From NCBI GenBank assembly GCA_963677765.1, contig OY782392.1, forward strand, positions 840,001-872,000: a stretch of DNA of 32,000 nucleotides. The letters run 5' to 3'. Origin of the DNA: Candidatus Saccharimonadota bacterium (GTDB lineage: Bacteria; Patescibacteriota; Gracilibacteria; BD1-5; UBA6164). Below, one piece after another: positions 21,546 through 30,807 of this stretch (positions within the stretch are counted from its first letter, which is position 1; every line of letters begins with the position of its first letter). The notes beneath the pieces were generated by a model. The model was given only the letters and a program-made list of their open reading frames with translations. It was not told where the DNA came from and searched no databases. Made by a program: the position numbers and the translations under genes.

Positions 21546-22568
21546 ATGGATACTATTAATATTGCAAATAATGATATGAATAACTGAAATAGTTTAGACC
21601 TAGAACAAAAAATAGAAGAATTATCTTGAAAAGTTAATAAGCTAAAGATAGAAGTTTCAAAAAAAATAGTATGACAAAATGACTTAATTGATAGTTTACT
21701 AATAGGTTTATTCTGAAAATGACATGTTTTATTAGAATGAGTACCTTGATTAGCAAAGACACTTACAGTAAATACTCTTAGTAAAACTCTAGATTTAGGC
21801 TTTAATAGAGTTCAATTTACTCCAGATTTATTACCAAGTGATTTGATTTGAACAGAAATATATAATTCAAAAACACAAAAATTTGATATAAAAAAGTGAC
21901 CTATTTTTAATAATTTTATTCTAGCTGATGAGATAAATAGAGCCCCTTCAAAAGTGCAGTCAGCTCTTTTGGAGGCTATGGCTGAAAAACATATAACTAT
22001 ATGAAATGATACATTTTCTTTGGATAATCCTTTTATAGTTCTAGCTACACAAAATCCAATAGAACAAACAGGAACTTATAAACTTCCTGAAGCTCAATTA
22101 GATAGATTTATGTTAAAAGTAAACGTAAGTTATCCTTCTTTTGAAGAAGAAAAAGAAATGTATAAAAAAGTTTTATCTTCTGATAAACAAAATATAGAAA
22201 AAATATTAACTAAAAATGATATTTTTGAAATACAAAAAATAATTGATAAGATTTATGTTTCAGATGCTATATTTGATTTTGTAACAAATATTGTTGATGC
22301 AACTAGAAATCCATTGAAATATTGATTAGAAGATATAAGTGATTATATTCAATTTTGAGTATCTCCAAGATGATGATTATCATTGTTATCATCAGCAAAA
22401 GTATTGGCATTTATGAATTGAAGAAGTTACGTTATACCAGAAGATATAAAATCACTTGTAAGTAAAACACTTAATCATAGATTAGTTCTTAGTTATGAGG
22501 CTATTGCAGATGATGTTGATACTGAAGATATACTAAATAAAATACTTGATAATATTGATGTAATTTAA
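21546..22568 (+). CDS. MoxR-family AAA+ ATPase, 340 aa
   Basis: Walker A LLEGVPGLAKT (both Gly are TGA), Walker [34 protein letters not shown], and C-terminal VSPRGGLSL. By my hand count 15 of 18 Gly codons are TGA. Confidence 0.95.
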
Positions 22569-22576
22569 TTAATTTT

Positions 22577-23434
22577 ATGGAAATAAATAAAAAAATAAAA
22601 TTATTAGATTTTAAGCTTAAAAAAGATTTATGAACAATGCTTTTTTGAGCTTATAAAAGTATATTTTCTTGAAATTGAATAGATTTTTTAGAACATAGAG
22701 AATATTTACCTTGAGATCCTGTAAAAAATATAGATTGGAAAACTGTCTGAAAAACAGATAAAATATATTCTAAAGTTTTTGAAGAAGATAGAGATTTAAA
22801 TGTTTTATTTATTCTTGATTTATCATGAAATATTGATTTAGGATTTTTTAGTAAAACTAAAAAAGATTTATTAGAAGAAGTTTTTTATTATTTATCAATG
22901 TCATGTAACTACTCATGAGATAACATAGGAGTTTATTTGTTATGAATAGAAGAAAAACCTATATTTATTTCTTATAAAAAATGATTAACAAATATTTATA
23001 AAACTATAAAATATATTGAAGATAATGAAAAATATTTAGATATAGATTTTAAAAAAGAGTTAATTAATATTTCAAAAAAAAATATTAATAAAAACCTTAT
23101 ATTTATACTTAGTGATAATTTAAGTAGTAATGATAATGATTGATTAAAATTTTTAAGTCAAAAAAATGAAGTAATTTATTTATGAATTTTTGATTATTTT
23201 GAAAATAATTTATATCAAACTAATGCTAATATTAGTTTGTGAAATAAAAATGATTTTATAAATATTTCATTAGATGATAAAAAAAAGATTCTTAAATATA
23301 GGGAATTGAGAAATAGTAAAATAATTGAATTTAAAACATTTTTAAATAAATTTAGTATTGATTACTTATTGCTTGATACAAAAAAAGATATTTATAAAGA
23401 GCTTTATTTATTTTTTAGTAAATTAAAAAAATAG
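22577..23434 (+). CDS. DUF58 domain protein (MoxR partner), 285 aa
   Basis: Motif FSGNGIDFLEHREYLPGDPVKNIDWKTVGKTDKIYSKVFEEDRDLNVLFILD is the DUF58 signature. All codons checked; TAG at 23432-23434. Confidence 0.9.
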
Positions 23435-23435
23435 T

Positions 23436-23900
23436 ATGAATGATATTTATGGTATAAAGGATATATTAGAATTTTTATCTTATTGATTTTTTTTAAGTTT
23501 ATTGTCTTTAATATTAATAATTGTTATATATATTCTTTTATCAAAATTTCATAAAAATAAAACTATTGATTCTAAGTTAATAAATAATGATGATGAAAAA
23601 AATATAGATTATAATTTTTTAGAAGATTTGGATATTTTATATTCAAATATTAATAGTTTAAATGAAGTTTTATTTTTAAAAAAATTATTACATATTTATA
23701 TATTATTTATTAATAATAAATATAATTATGATTTTTCTTCTAAAACTTTATTAGAGTTTAAAAATTTAGATATTATAGAAAAAAAAGATTTAGATTTATA
23801 TAGCAATATATATAATAATATATATTCATATAAATCATTGGATAAAAATTATTTAAATGATATTTTTTATAAGGTAAGGCAACAAGTAACTGATAATTAA
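23436..23900 (+). CDS. Small single-pass membrane protein, 154 aa, in the position usually held by a DUF4381-type protein in Bat operons
   Basis: ATG lies 1 nt after the DUF58 stop. TM helix FFLSLLSLILIIVIYILL. The assignment rests on operon position and topology only. Confidence 0.6.
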
Positions 23901-23901
23901 T

Positions 23902-24897
23902 ATGGTAGATTTTTTAAATATACATTTTTTAGATAAATATTATTTTTTATTGATAATTGTATTATTTATATTTTTTTATTTTTTATTAAAGAGTAAAAAA
24001 AATATAAATAACTTTAGTTGATTGAATGATTTAAAATTTGTTTTTAAAAGTAGCTTTTATATTTTTTATATAAAAGTTATTTTACTTTTTTTAATTTTTA
24101 TTACTTTTTTTGCTATATTTGCAAATCCGAATTATAAAAATATTGATAAAAATATTACAAAAAATGGTATAGATATAGTTTTAGCATTTGATATTTCATA
24201 TAGTATGAATGCAAATGATTTTAATCCAAATAGGATTACTGTTGCAAAAACTATATTAAACGATTTTTTGAATAAACAAACAACAAATAGGCTTTGACTT
24301 GTTGTTTTTGCCTGAAAACCATTTACATCTATTCCTTTAACTTTTGATTATTCTGTATTAAAAGAAACTATAAATTTGCTTGATACAAATACTATAAATC
24401 AAAATATTTCTTGATTGTCATGAACTGCTATATGAGATGCTTTATTAATGTCTTCAAATTTATTCAAAGATGAAAATAGAGAAAAAGTTATAATTCTTTT
24501 AACAGATTGAGATGCTAATACATGAGTAGATCCAGAATTAGCGGTTAATTTATTAAAAGAAAAAAATATAAAATTATATAGTATATGAGTTTGATCAAAG
24601 GATTGAGGTGAAGTAACTTTTAATACTTGATTATTTTCTCAGAATTTAAAAGTTAATCCTTTAAATGAAGAATATCTAAAGGGGTTAACGGAAAAAACTT
24701 TTTGAAAATATTATTCTGCTGTTGATTCTAATTCTTTTGAAAATGCATTTAATGATTTAGAAAAATTAGAAAAAAATGAATTAAAAACAGAAGAAAATAT
24801 TTATTATAGAGATGCTTATGATATTTTTGTATATTTGTTAATTATTTTTATGTCATTTTATATTTTTTTATTATTTTATAAAGCTAAATTAGATTAG
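23902..24897 (+). CDS. batA: VWA domain membrane protein, BatA-like, 331 aa
   Basis: Two N-terminal TM helices. MIDAS motif DIVLAFDISYSM, then GLVVFAGKPF, SGTAIGDAL, IILLTDGDANTG and YSIGVGS. C-terminal TM helix. TAG at 24895-24897. Confidence 0.88.
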
Positions 24898-24914
24898 TAT
24901 TTAATAAATTTTAT

Positions 24915-25934
24915 ATGTCAGTCGAATTCACTTTTTTACAATTTTTAATTTTTATATTTTTATCATTTTGATCATTATTTTTATTCTTTTTATTTTATAA
25001 AAAAAATAAAAATATAACTAATATTTTTATTTTAAAACAAAAAACTAACTTTTTTTATATAAAATACATATTTTTATTAGTTTCTTTTATTATATTACTG
25101 TTTTCTTTATTTTGAATCAAGTCATATTGAGATAGTTTTTCAAAAAATGAATGAGTTCCAATAGTATTTGTTTTAGATGTTAGTAAATCTATGAATGTAG
25201 CTGACATTTCAAACTCTAATAATTATTATACTAGGTTAGATTTTTCTAAAACTATTATTGAGAATTATGTACTAAATAATAAAAATAATAAATATGGTTT
25301 AGTTATTTTTGCATGAGAGGCAATATCAGTTACACCTATTACTAGTGATATAAATGTATTTTTAAGCTCTTTATCAAATGTAGATTATAAAAATTTAACA
25401 CTTCAATGAACTGACTTTTCTAGTGCCTTAGAAGAAGCTAATAATAGAATTGATTTGTTATGAGATACTGATAAAGCTGCTTTGATATTAATAAGTGATT
25501 GATGAGATGAAGATATAACTAATAATAATTTTAGAGAATTATTATCAGATAATTATAGTTATTTTGTTTTATGAGTTTGAACTAATAAGTGAGGAAGAAT
25601 TATATTATGAAAAGATGTTTTTTGAAGATATGATTATCAAACTTATAATTGAGATTATGTTATAAGTAAGTTAAATGAAAATAATCTTTTGTATCTATCT
25701 AATCAATTGGAGTGAAGCTATAAAAAAATATCTAATATAAATGATGTTAATACTTTTTTAGAAAAAATTGATAATTTATCTAAAAAAATATATGAGTTAA
25801 ATACAAAAAACTATATAAGTTATTCTAGAAATATATCATTTATATCATTTTTCTTTTTCTTTTTATATTTTTTATTTTATCTATTTGAAAATAGGATTTA
25901 TTTATTAATTTATAATAATGAACAAAAAAAATAA
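24915..25934 (+). CDS. batB: VWA domain membrane protein, BatB-like, 339 aa
   Basis: N-terminal TM helices. MIDAS motif IVFVLDVSKSM, then GLVIFAGEA, QGTDFSSAL, LILISDGGDE and LGVGTNKGG. C-terminal TM helix. All codons checked. Confidence 0.85.
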
Positions 25935-26637
25935 AATATTTTTATTGCTTATTGCTTTATTTTTATTGTTTAATATTTATGTTTTTTATAATATTAATAT
26001 AGCATATAATTGAAATAAATTATATTTATCAAAAAATTATTTAGAATCTATAGATAAGTATAATAATTTTTTAGATAATAAATTATTTCTAAGCAATAAT
26101 GTTAAATCAAAAATATTACATAATATTTGAAATTCTTATTATAGATTAGGTGAACTAGCTGAATTATGAGATAAAAAATTATATTTTTGATATTCTATAA
26201 AATCTTATGAAAAATCTTTATCTATTAGATATGATGAAAAGACCAAATTTAATTATGATTTTGTAAAAAATAAGTTAGATGATTTAAATAATAATCAACA
26301 ACAAAATAATAATCAAGATAATAATTCTTGAGAAAACTCAGATAAAAATAACTGAAACTCAAATTCATGAAATAATAGCTCTAGTAATTGAGAAAATAAA
26401 AATAATAATTCAGAAGATAGTTCTAACTCAAATACAACAAATAATAATGATAAATTATCTAGTGAGGAAAGTGAATTTTTAGAAAAATATATAGACTGAT
26501 TAAATCAAGATCAAGAATATTATAATTCTTTTTATAATAAAAATTATAAACAAAATGATGATATTTTTGATATGTTTATGAGTGATAGTATATTTGATAA
26601 CTCTTTATTAAATCAAGATAACTCAAAAGATTGGTAA
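25918..26637 (+). CDS. BatC-like TPR-containing protein with Asn/Ser/Gly-rich linker, 239 aa
   Basis: ATG overlaps the batB end by 17 nt. TM helix, then the TPR-like segment ILHNIGNSYYRLGELAELG...SIKSYEKSLSI, an N/S/G-rich low-complexity region, and the tail EFLEKYIDGLNQDQ. All codons checked. Confidence 0.6.
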
Positions 26638-26644
26638 TAAAAAA

Positions 26645-26669
26645 ATCAGGATAATAAATCCTGATTTTT
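26645..26669. terminator. Bidirectional terminator between convergent genes
   Basis: Stem atcagga pairs with tcctgat around a 7-nt loop, with A- and T-runs flanking. Confidence 0.7.
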
Positions 26670-26955
26670 ATATTTTTTTAAAGAACTCTGTTCTTAAAAC
26701 CATTTTTCCTGACTCAATAAGTTCTACATCATCTGTAAGTCTTATTTTAGGGAACTTATCTCATCTTTTGATATCAGATGCTCATTTTACTTTTATATCT
26801 TTTATAGCTACTACTGTATCTCACTCTTGTAAGATATTTCAGTTAGCATCTTTCACAAGCAATTCATTTTCATCTTGTTTATCTATTTCTACTAACTCAC
26901 CATTATTATCATAAGTCCACTTATTCCAGTCAATTTCATCGAAGTCTTTAGACAT
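26668..26955 (-). CDS. PhnA/YjdM C-terminal-domain protein without a zinc ribbon, 95 aa
   Basis: The segment VKDANGNILQEGDTVVAIKDIKVKGASDIKRGDKFPKIRLTDDVELIESGKMVLRTEFFKKI matches the PhnA/YjdM C-domain pattern. There is no Cys in the N-terminal 40 aa. Confidence 0.75.
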
Positions 26956-27006
26956 AACTTTTTAAAAATTATATTTTAAGTAAAATTATTATATAAAAAA
27001 AGTTAA

Positions 27007-27918
27007 TTATTTCAATTTTTTAATTTTATAGAAATATCTTGTTTCTATATAATTAATTATTTCTTTTGCTATATTTAATCAAGTTGCTTCTTCTAATCAT
27101 TTAAATCCAGGAGCAGCATTTATTTCACATATTCTATATCAATTATCTTTATCAAATAATAAATCTACTCATGCTATATCTAGTCATACAAGATTAGTAG
27201 CTTCTATTGATAGTATTTCTTCTTTTTCGTTTACTTCATGATTATAAACACTTCATCATCATGAGAAATTAGCTTTAAAATCTCATTCTTTTCATTTTCT
27301 AAGCATAGAAGCTATAACTCTTCATCATACTAAAAATATTCTCAAATCTACTCAAGCTTTTTCTCAAATATATTCTTGTAAAAGTAAGTAAGTGTTAAGT
27401 TTAGATAGACTATCTTCCATCATTTCAAGAATATCTTCTAATTCTCAACTATTTTGAACTTTTATTATTCATTTTCAAGCTTTTCAATCAAGTTTTTTTA
27501 AAATAATAGGATAGTTTAATTGTTTTTCTATGAAACCAATATTTGGCATTCATTTTAATAATATCGTTTTTGGAACAGGTAATCTATTTGCAGCTAACTT
27601 TTGTAGAGATAAAAATTTATCATTAGCAAGTAATCTAGCTTGATTTTCATTTATAACATATACTCAAGCATGTTCCATAAAATCCATTATTGAAGTCATT
27701 TGATATGAGTTATCAACTCTAGGTATTACAACATCTGGTAAAGTTGTTTTTTCATTTTTTATAAAAAGTTTTTCTTCTGAGTATGCATCTATAACTAATT
27801 CTATATCTTCAATAGCTACAAATTTGATATCCATTTTTCTTTTTAATCCTTCTTCTATTAGTCTTTGAGTTCAATAAACATTTTCATTTTTTTCTTTATC
27901 CAATATCCATATTTTCAT
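27007..27918 (-). CDS. rimK: RimK-family ATP-grasp alpha-L-glutamate ligase, 303 aa
   Basis: Motifs: NDKFLSLQKLAANRLPVPKT, YPIILKKLDGKAGKGI, LLQEYIGEKAGVDLRIFLVGGRVIASMLRKGKEGDFKANFSGGGS, GLDIAGVDLLF, ICEINAAPGFKGLEEATG. All codons checked. Confidence 0.9.
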
Positions 27919-28074
27919 CTTTTCTAATTTTTTATTATATAATAAAAACTTTTCAAACCATAAATATAACCCGCGAATATTATTTATTAATATTTTTAAA
28001 GCAAATTTTTTATAAAAATTTATTTTTTATTAATTATATGATATTATATTTTAGTATTAAGCTAATTATTTTAT

Positions 28075-28407
28075 ATGGAATATACAATATTAAAAACATT
28101 TAGGCACACAGTTAAAATACCCTTTATTTTAAGGTTGTTTTTTGGTGTATTTTTTATTATTGTTTCTTGAATTCCAATTATACTTCCTCTTTTCCCATGA
28201 TCACTTTTAGTATGAGTTTTTTTATTAGTTTTATGAATAATACTTGTTATATCTCCAAAAAAGATAAGACATGTTATTAAAATGAGAAAATCAATAATAT
28301 ATCTTTTTAAAAATATACATAATAAACATGTTGTAAGGCATAAAATTTATGATATCAAAATACATGTTATGCAAATATTAAAAAAAGATACAAACAAAAA
28401 AATATAA
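28075..28407 (+). CDS. Small membrane protein with basic tail, 110 aa (PGPGW-like, tentative)
   Basis: Two hydrophobic helices (LRLFFGVFFIIVSGIPIILPLFPGSLLVGVFLLVLGIILV) followed by a Lys/His-rich tail. All codons checked. Confidence 0.55.
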
Positions 28408-28416
28408 TATAAAAAT

Positions 28417-28453
28417 TTGACTAAGTTATAAAAAAGTATATACTCAGTATATA
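28417..28453 (+). promoter_or_regulatory. Candidate lexA promoter with overlapping palindromic operator
   Basis: -35 TTGACT (28417-28422), 16-nt spacer, -10 TATACT (28439-28444). A perfect 8-1-8 palindrome TATATACT-C-AGTATATA (28437-28453) overlaps the -10 box and ends 22 nt before the lexA ATG. Confidence 0.5.
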
Positions 28454-28474
28454 TTATTTATAACTTTTTTGATT

Positions 28475-29104
28475 ATGCTTACAGAAAAACAACAATATGT
28501 TTTGGATGTTATTACAAAATATATTTGAGAAAATGCAAAATCACCAACTATTGAAGAGTTAACTATTTTATTAAATCAAAAATCAAAAAGATGAGTTGTT
28601 CAATACTTAGAAGCTTTAGAGAAAAAATGATTTTTAACTAGAGGTAGATGATATAGATCTATTAGTTTATGAAATAATGTTTGATTTCAGACTACATTAA
28701 ATGTTCCTATTTTATGATATGCTAATGCTTGAACTCCTCTTGTAGATGCTGTAGAAGCAGGTTATTGAGTTTTACCTATATCTAAAAAAATACTTAGTTG
28801 AGATGAGTCTAATTATTTTATTTTAAAAGTAGAATGAACTTCTATGAATCAATACGAAGTAAAATGAAAAACTATTGATAATGGTAGTTATGTATTGATA
28901 AAAAAAGATGATAACACTTTAAATAATAGTGATGCATTTTTATTTTTGGTTAATTGATCTGCTACTTTGAAAAAATATAAAAAAGAAGGTGATATTATAT
29001 ATTTATTACCTGAATCTAGTGATGATTATCATAATCCTATTATATTATCAGAATATGATAATATAGCTGTTAATGGTAAGGTTATCGATGTTTTCAATTT
29101 TTAA
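28475..29104 (+). CDS. lexA: LexA repressor (S24 peptidase), 209 aa
   Basis: N-terminal winged HTH LTEKQQYVLDVITKYIGENAKSPTIEELTILLNQKSKRGVVQYLEALEKKGFL. Cleavage region VPILGYANAGTPL (the Ala-Gly Gly is TGA). Catalytic VEGTSM and ATLKK. All codons checked. Confidence 0.92.
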
Positions 29105-29109
29105 AAAAA

Positions 29110-29138
29110 ATACTCTTTTTATAAGAGTATTTTTTTTT
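29110..29138. terminator. Bidirectional terminator between lexA and ppk2
   Basis: Stem atactctt pairs with aagagtat around a 5-nt loop, with an A8 run upstream and a T8 run downstream. Confidence 0.8.
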
Positions 29139-30309
29139 ATTCGAATAAATCTTCATTTATATCTATTTCTTTTTCAAGCATTTTTACTTTTTCTTTTCCA
29201 TCATAAACTATTTTATCATCCAAAATTAATTTATCAGCATCAATTTTATCTGGATAATCATATTGGTTTAAGATATACTTAATTGCATTTATTCTTGCTT
29301 TCTTTTTATCATCACTATTTATTAATATCCAAGGTGCTTTTTTATGGTGAGTATTTTTAAAGTTATGATATTCAGCAATAGAATATTTTTCCCATAATTG
29401 TTGAGAGTATTGGTCAATAGGAGATAATTTGTATTGTTTTAATGGATTGTATTTTCTTGATTCAAATCTAGCATTTTGTTCTTCTTTACTAACAGAAAAA
29501 TAAAATTTTACTATTTTTATACCTGAATCTACAAGCATTTTTTCAAATTTTGGAACTTCATCAAGAAATTGTTCATATTTTGATTTTGAAACAAATCACA
29601 TAACAGGTTCTACTCAAGCTCTATTATACCAAGATCTATCAAAAAATACCATTTCTCAACCAGCAGGTAAATGTTGTATATATCTTTGAAAATACCATTG
29701 AGTTTTCTCAGTTTCATTTGGTTTTTCTAAAGCAGTTACTCTAGCTCATCTAGGATTTAAGTATTCTCTAAATCTTTTTATAGTACCTCATTTTCAAGCA
29801 GCATCTCTACCTTCAAATATGATTAATAATTTTTGTCATGTTTCTTTAATATGTTTTTGTAGTTTCAGTAATTCTACTTGTAAAGAAATTAATTCTTTTT
29901 CGTATTTTATTTTTTTCTTTTTATAACATACTTTTTTATATTTTTTTCTATCTTCTTCATTTATATCAGAACATTTTTTAAAGTTTTTTTCTTCGAATTC
30001 CTTTACTACATCTATTAACTCTTTTTTATCTTCTTCTTCTTTTGTTTCTGTTTCTTCATCAATAAAATCATCTATTTTTTCTAATAAATCCTTTATTGGT
30101 TTATATTCTCTTTTTTCTTTTTTTGTTAAATTTTCAACTTTTTCTTCAAGTAAGTGTTCAATTTTATTTTTTAATACTTTTAGATTATCAATATCGTTAT
30201 CTACTTTAAATTTATTGAATAATTTTTCTGATTCTTTTATGAATTGTCAAACTAATTCAGGAGTTAATTCAACATTATTATTAAAAATTTGGTAAAATAA
30301 ATTTGTCAT
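29137..30309 (-). CDS. ppk2: Polyphosphate kinase 2 (PPK2) with a ~125-aa N-terminal charged/coiled-coil extension, 390 aa
   Basis: Core motifs: LLIIFEGRDAAGKGGTIKRF (P-loop), [37 protein letters not shown], and KAPWILINSDDKKKARINAIKYIL. The C-terminal 133 aa appear in the supplied track. All upstream codons checked back to the ATG at 30309. Confidence 0.92.
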
Positions 30310-30459
30310 TTTTTGCGTCTTATCAATTAATATTACTAAAATAATTTTACTATATAAAAAAAAGTGAGTCAAAAAAAGTTTAAAATAATGACTTGATTAA
30401 ATCAAAAAATATTTTATGAAAATAAATCTTGCATTTTTTTATAAAAAAATATAATTAGT

Positions 30460-30668
30460 TCAACAGCGCTTGAACAGCTAACAACTGTGAGCTCGAGGAA
30501 GAACGGATTATTCTTATTAGACCCTCGCGGAGAATTAAACTTCGTAAACAAATTAAATTAAGAAAATGCTTTAGGTGGCACCTTTCAAATTATATTTTGA
30601 ACCGAAAGCACAAAAATATTTAAAAAACTATATTATTTAGTATATATAAAATATTTTTGTGTTTTTTT
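30460..30668 (+). promoter_or_regulatory. T-box-like leader RNA (candidate tRNA-Asp-sensing riboswitch) upstream of aspS
   Basis: This is the only G+C-enriched non-coding patch in the window. It has the T-box-like sequence tgctttAGGTGGCACCttt (30568-30585). A GAC codon (30520-30522) sits on the 3' side of an internal loop closed by CGAGG/CCTCG. A perfect 13-bp terminator stem cacaaaaatattt (30609-30621) pairs with aaatatttttgtg (30649-30661), followed by T7. A candidate promoter TTGCAT-N15-TATAAT lies at 30429-30455. Confidence 0.55.
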
Positions 30669-30807
30669 AATTTTTTGACTCAAATAGATTTGATAAATCG
30701 ATTTGTTGCCAAAATTTGTTCTGGCTTATTACTTTATATAAATTATATGAATAATTTATATTTTAAAAAAAATACCAGTATTAATTATATCCTTTAATAA
30801 AATAAGA

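Noticed and set aside
30388-30444. Short + strand ORF (MTGLNQKIFYENKSCIFL) in the ppk2-aspS intergenic region
   Set aside because: It is 18 codons with no ribosome-binding site, and it overlaps the predicted promoter of the T-box-like leader. It is most likely chance.
30491-30506. gctCGAGGAAGAACGGatt resembling the RNase P RNA CR-I motif GAGGAAAGUCCGG
   Set aside because: The G+C-enriched patch is only about 150 nt. The other universally conserved RNase P elements (for example ACAGAA...GGCUUA forming P4) are absent. The context (GGUGGCACC motif, terminator, aspS downstream) fits a T-box-type leader better.
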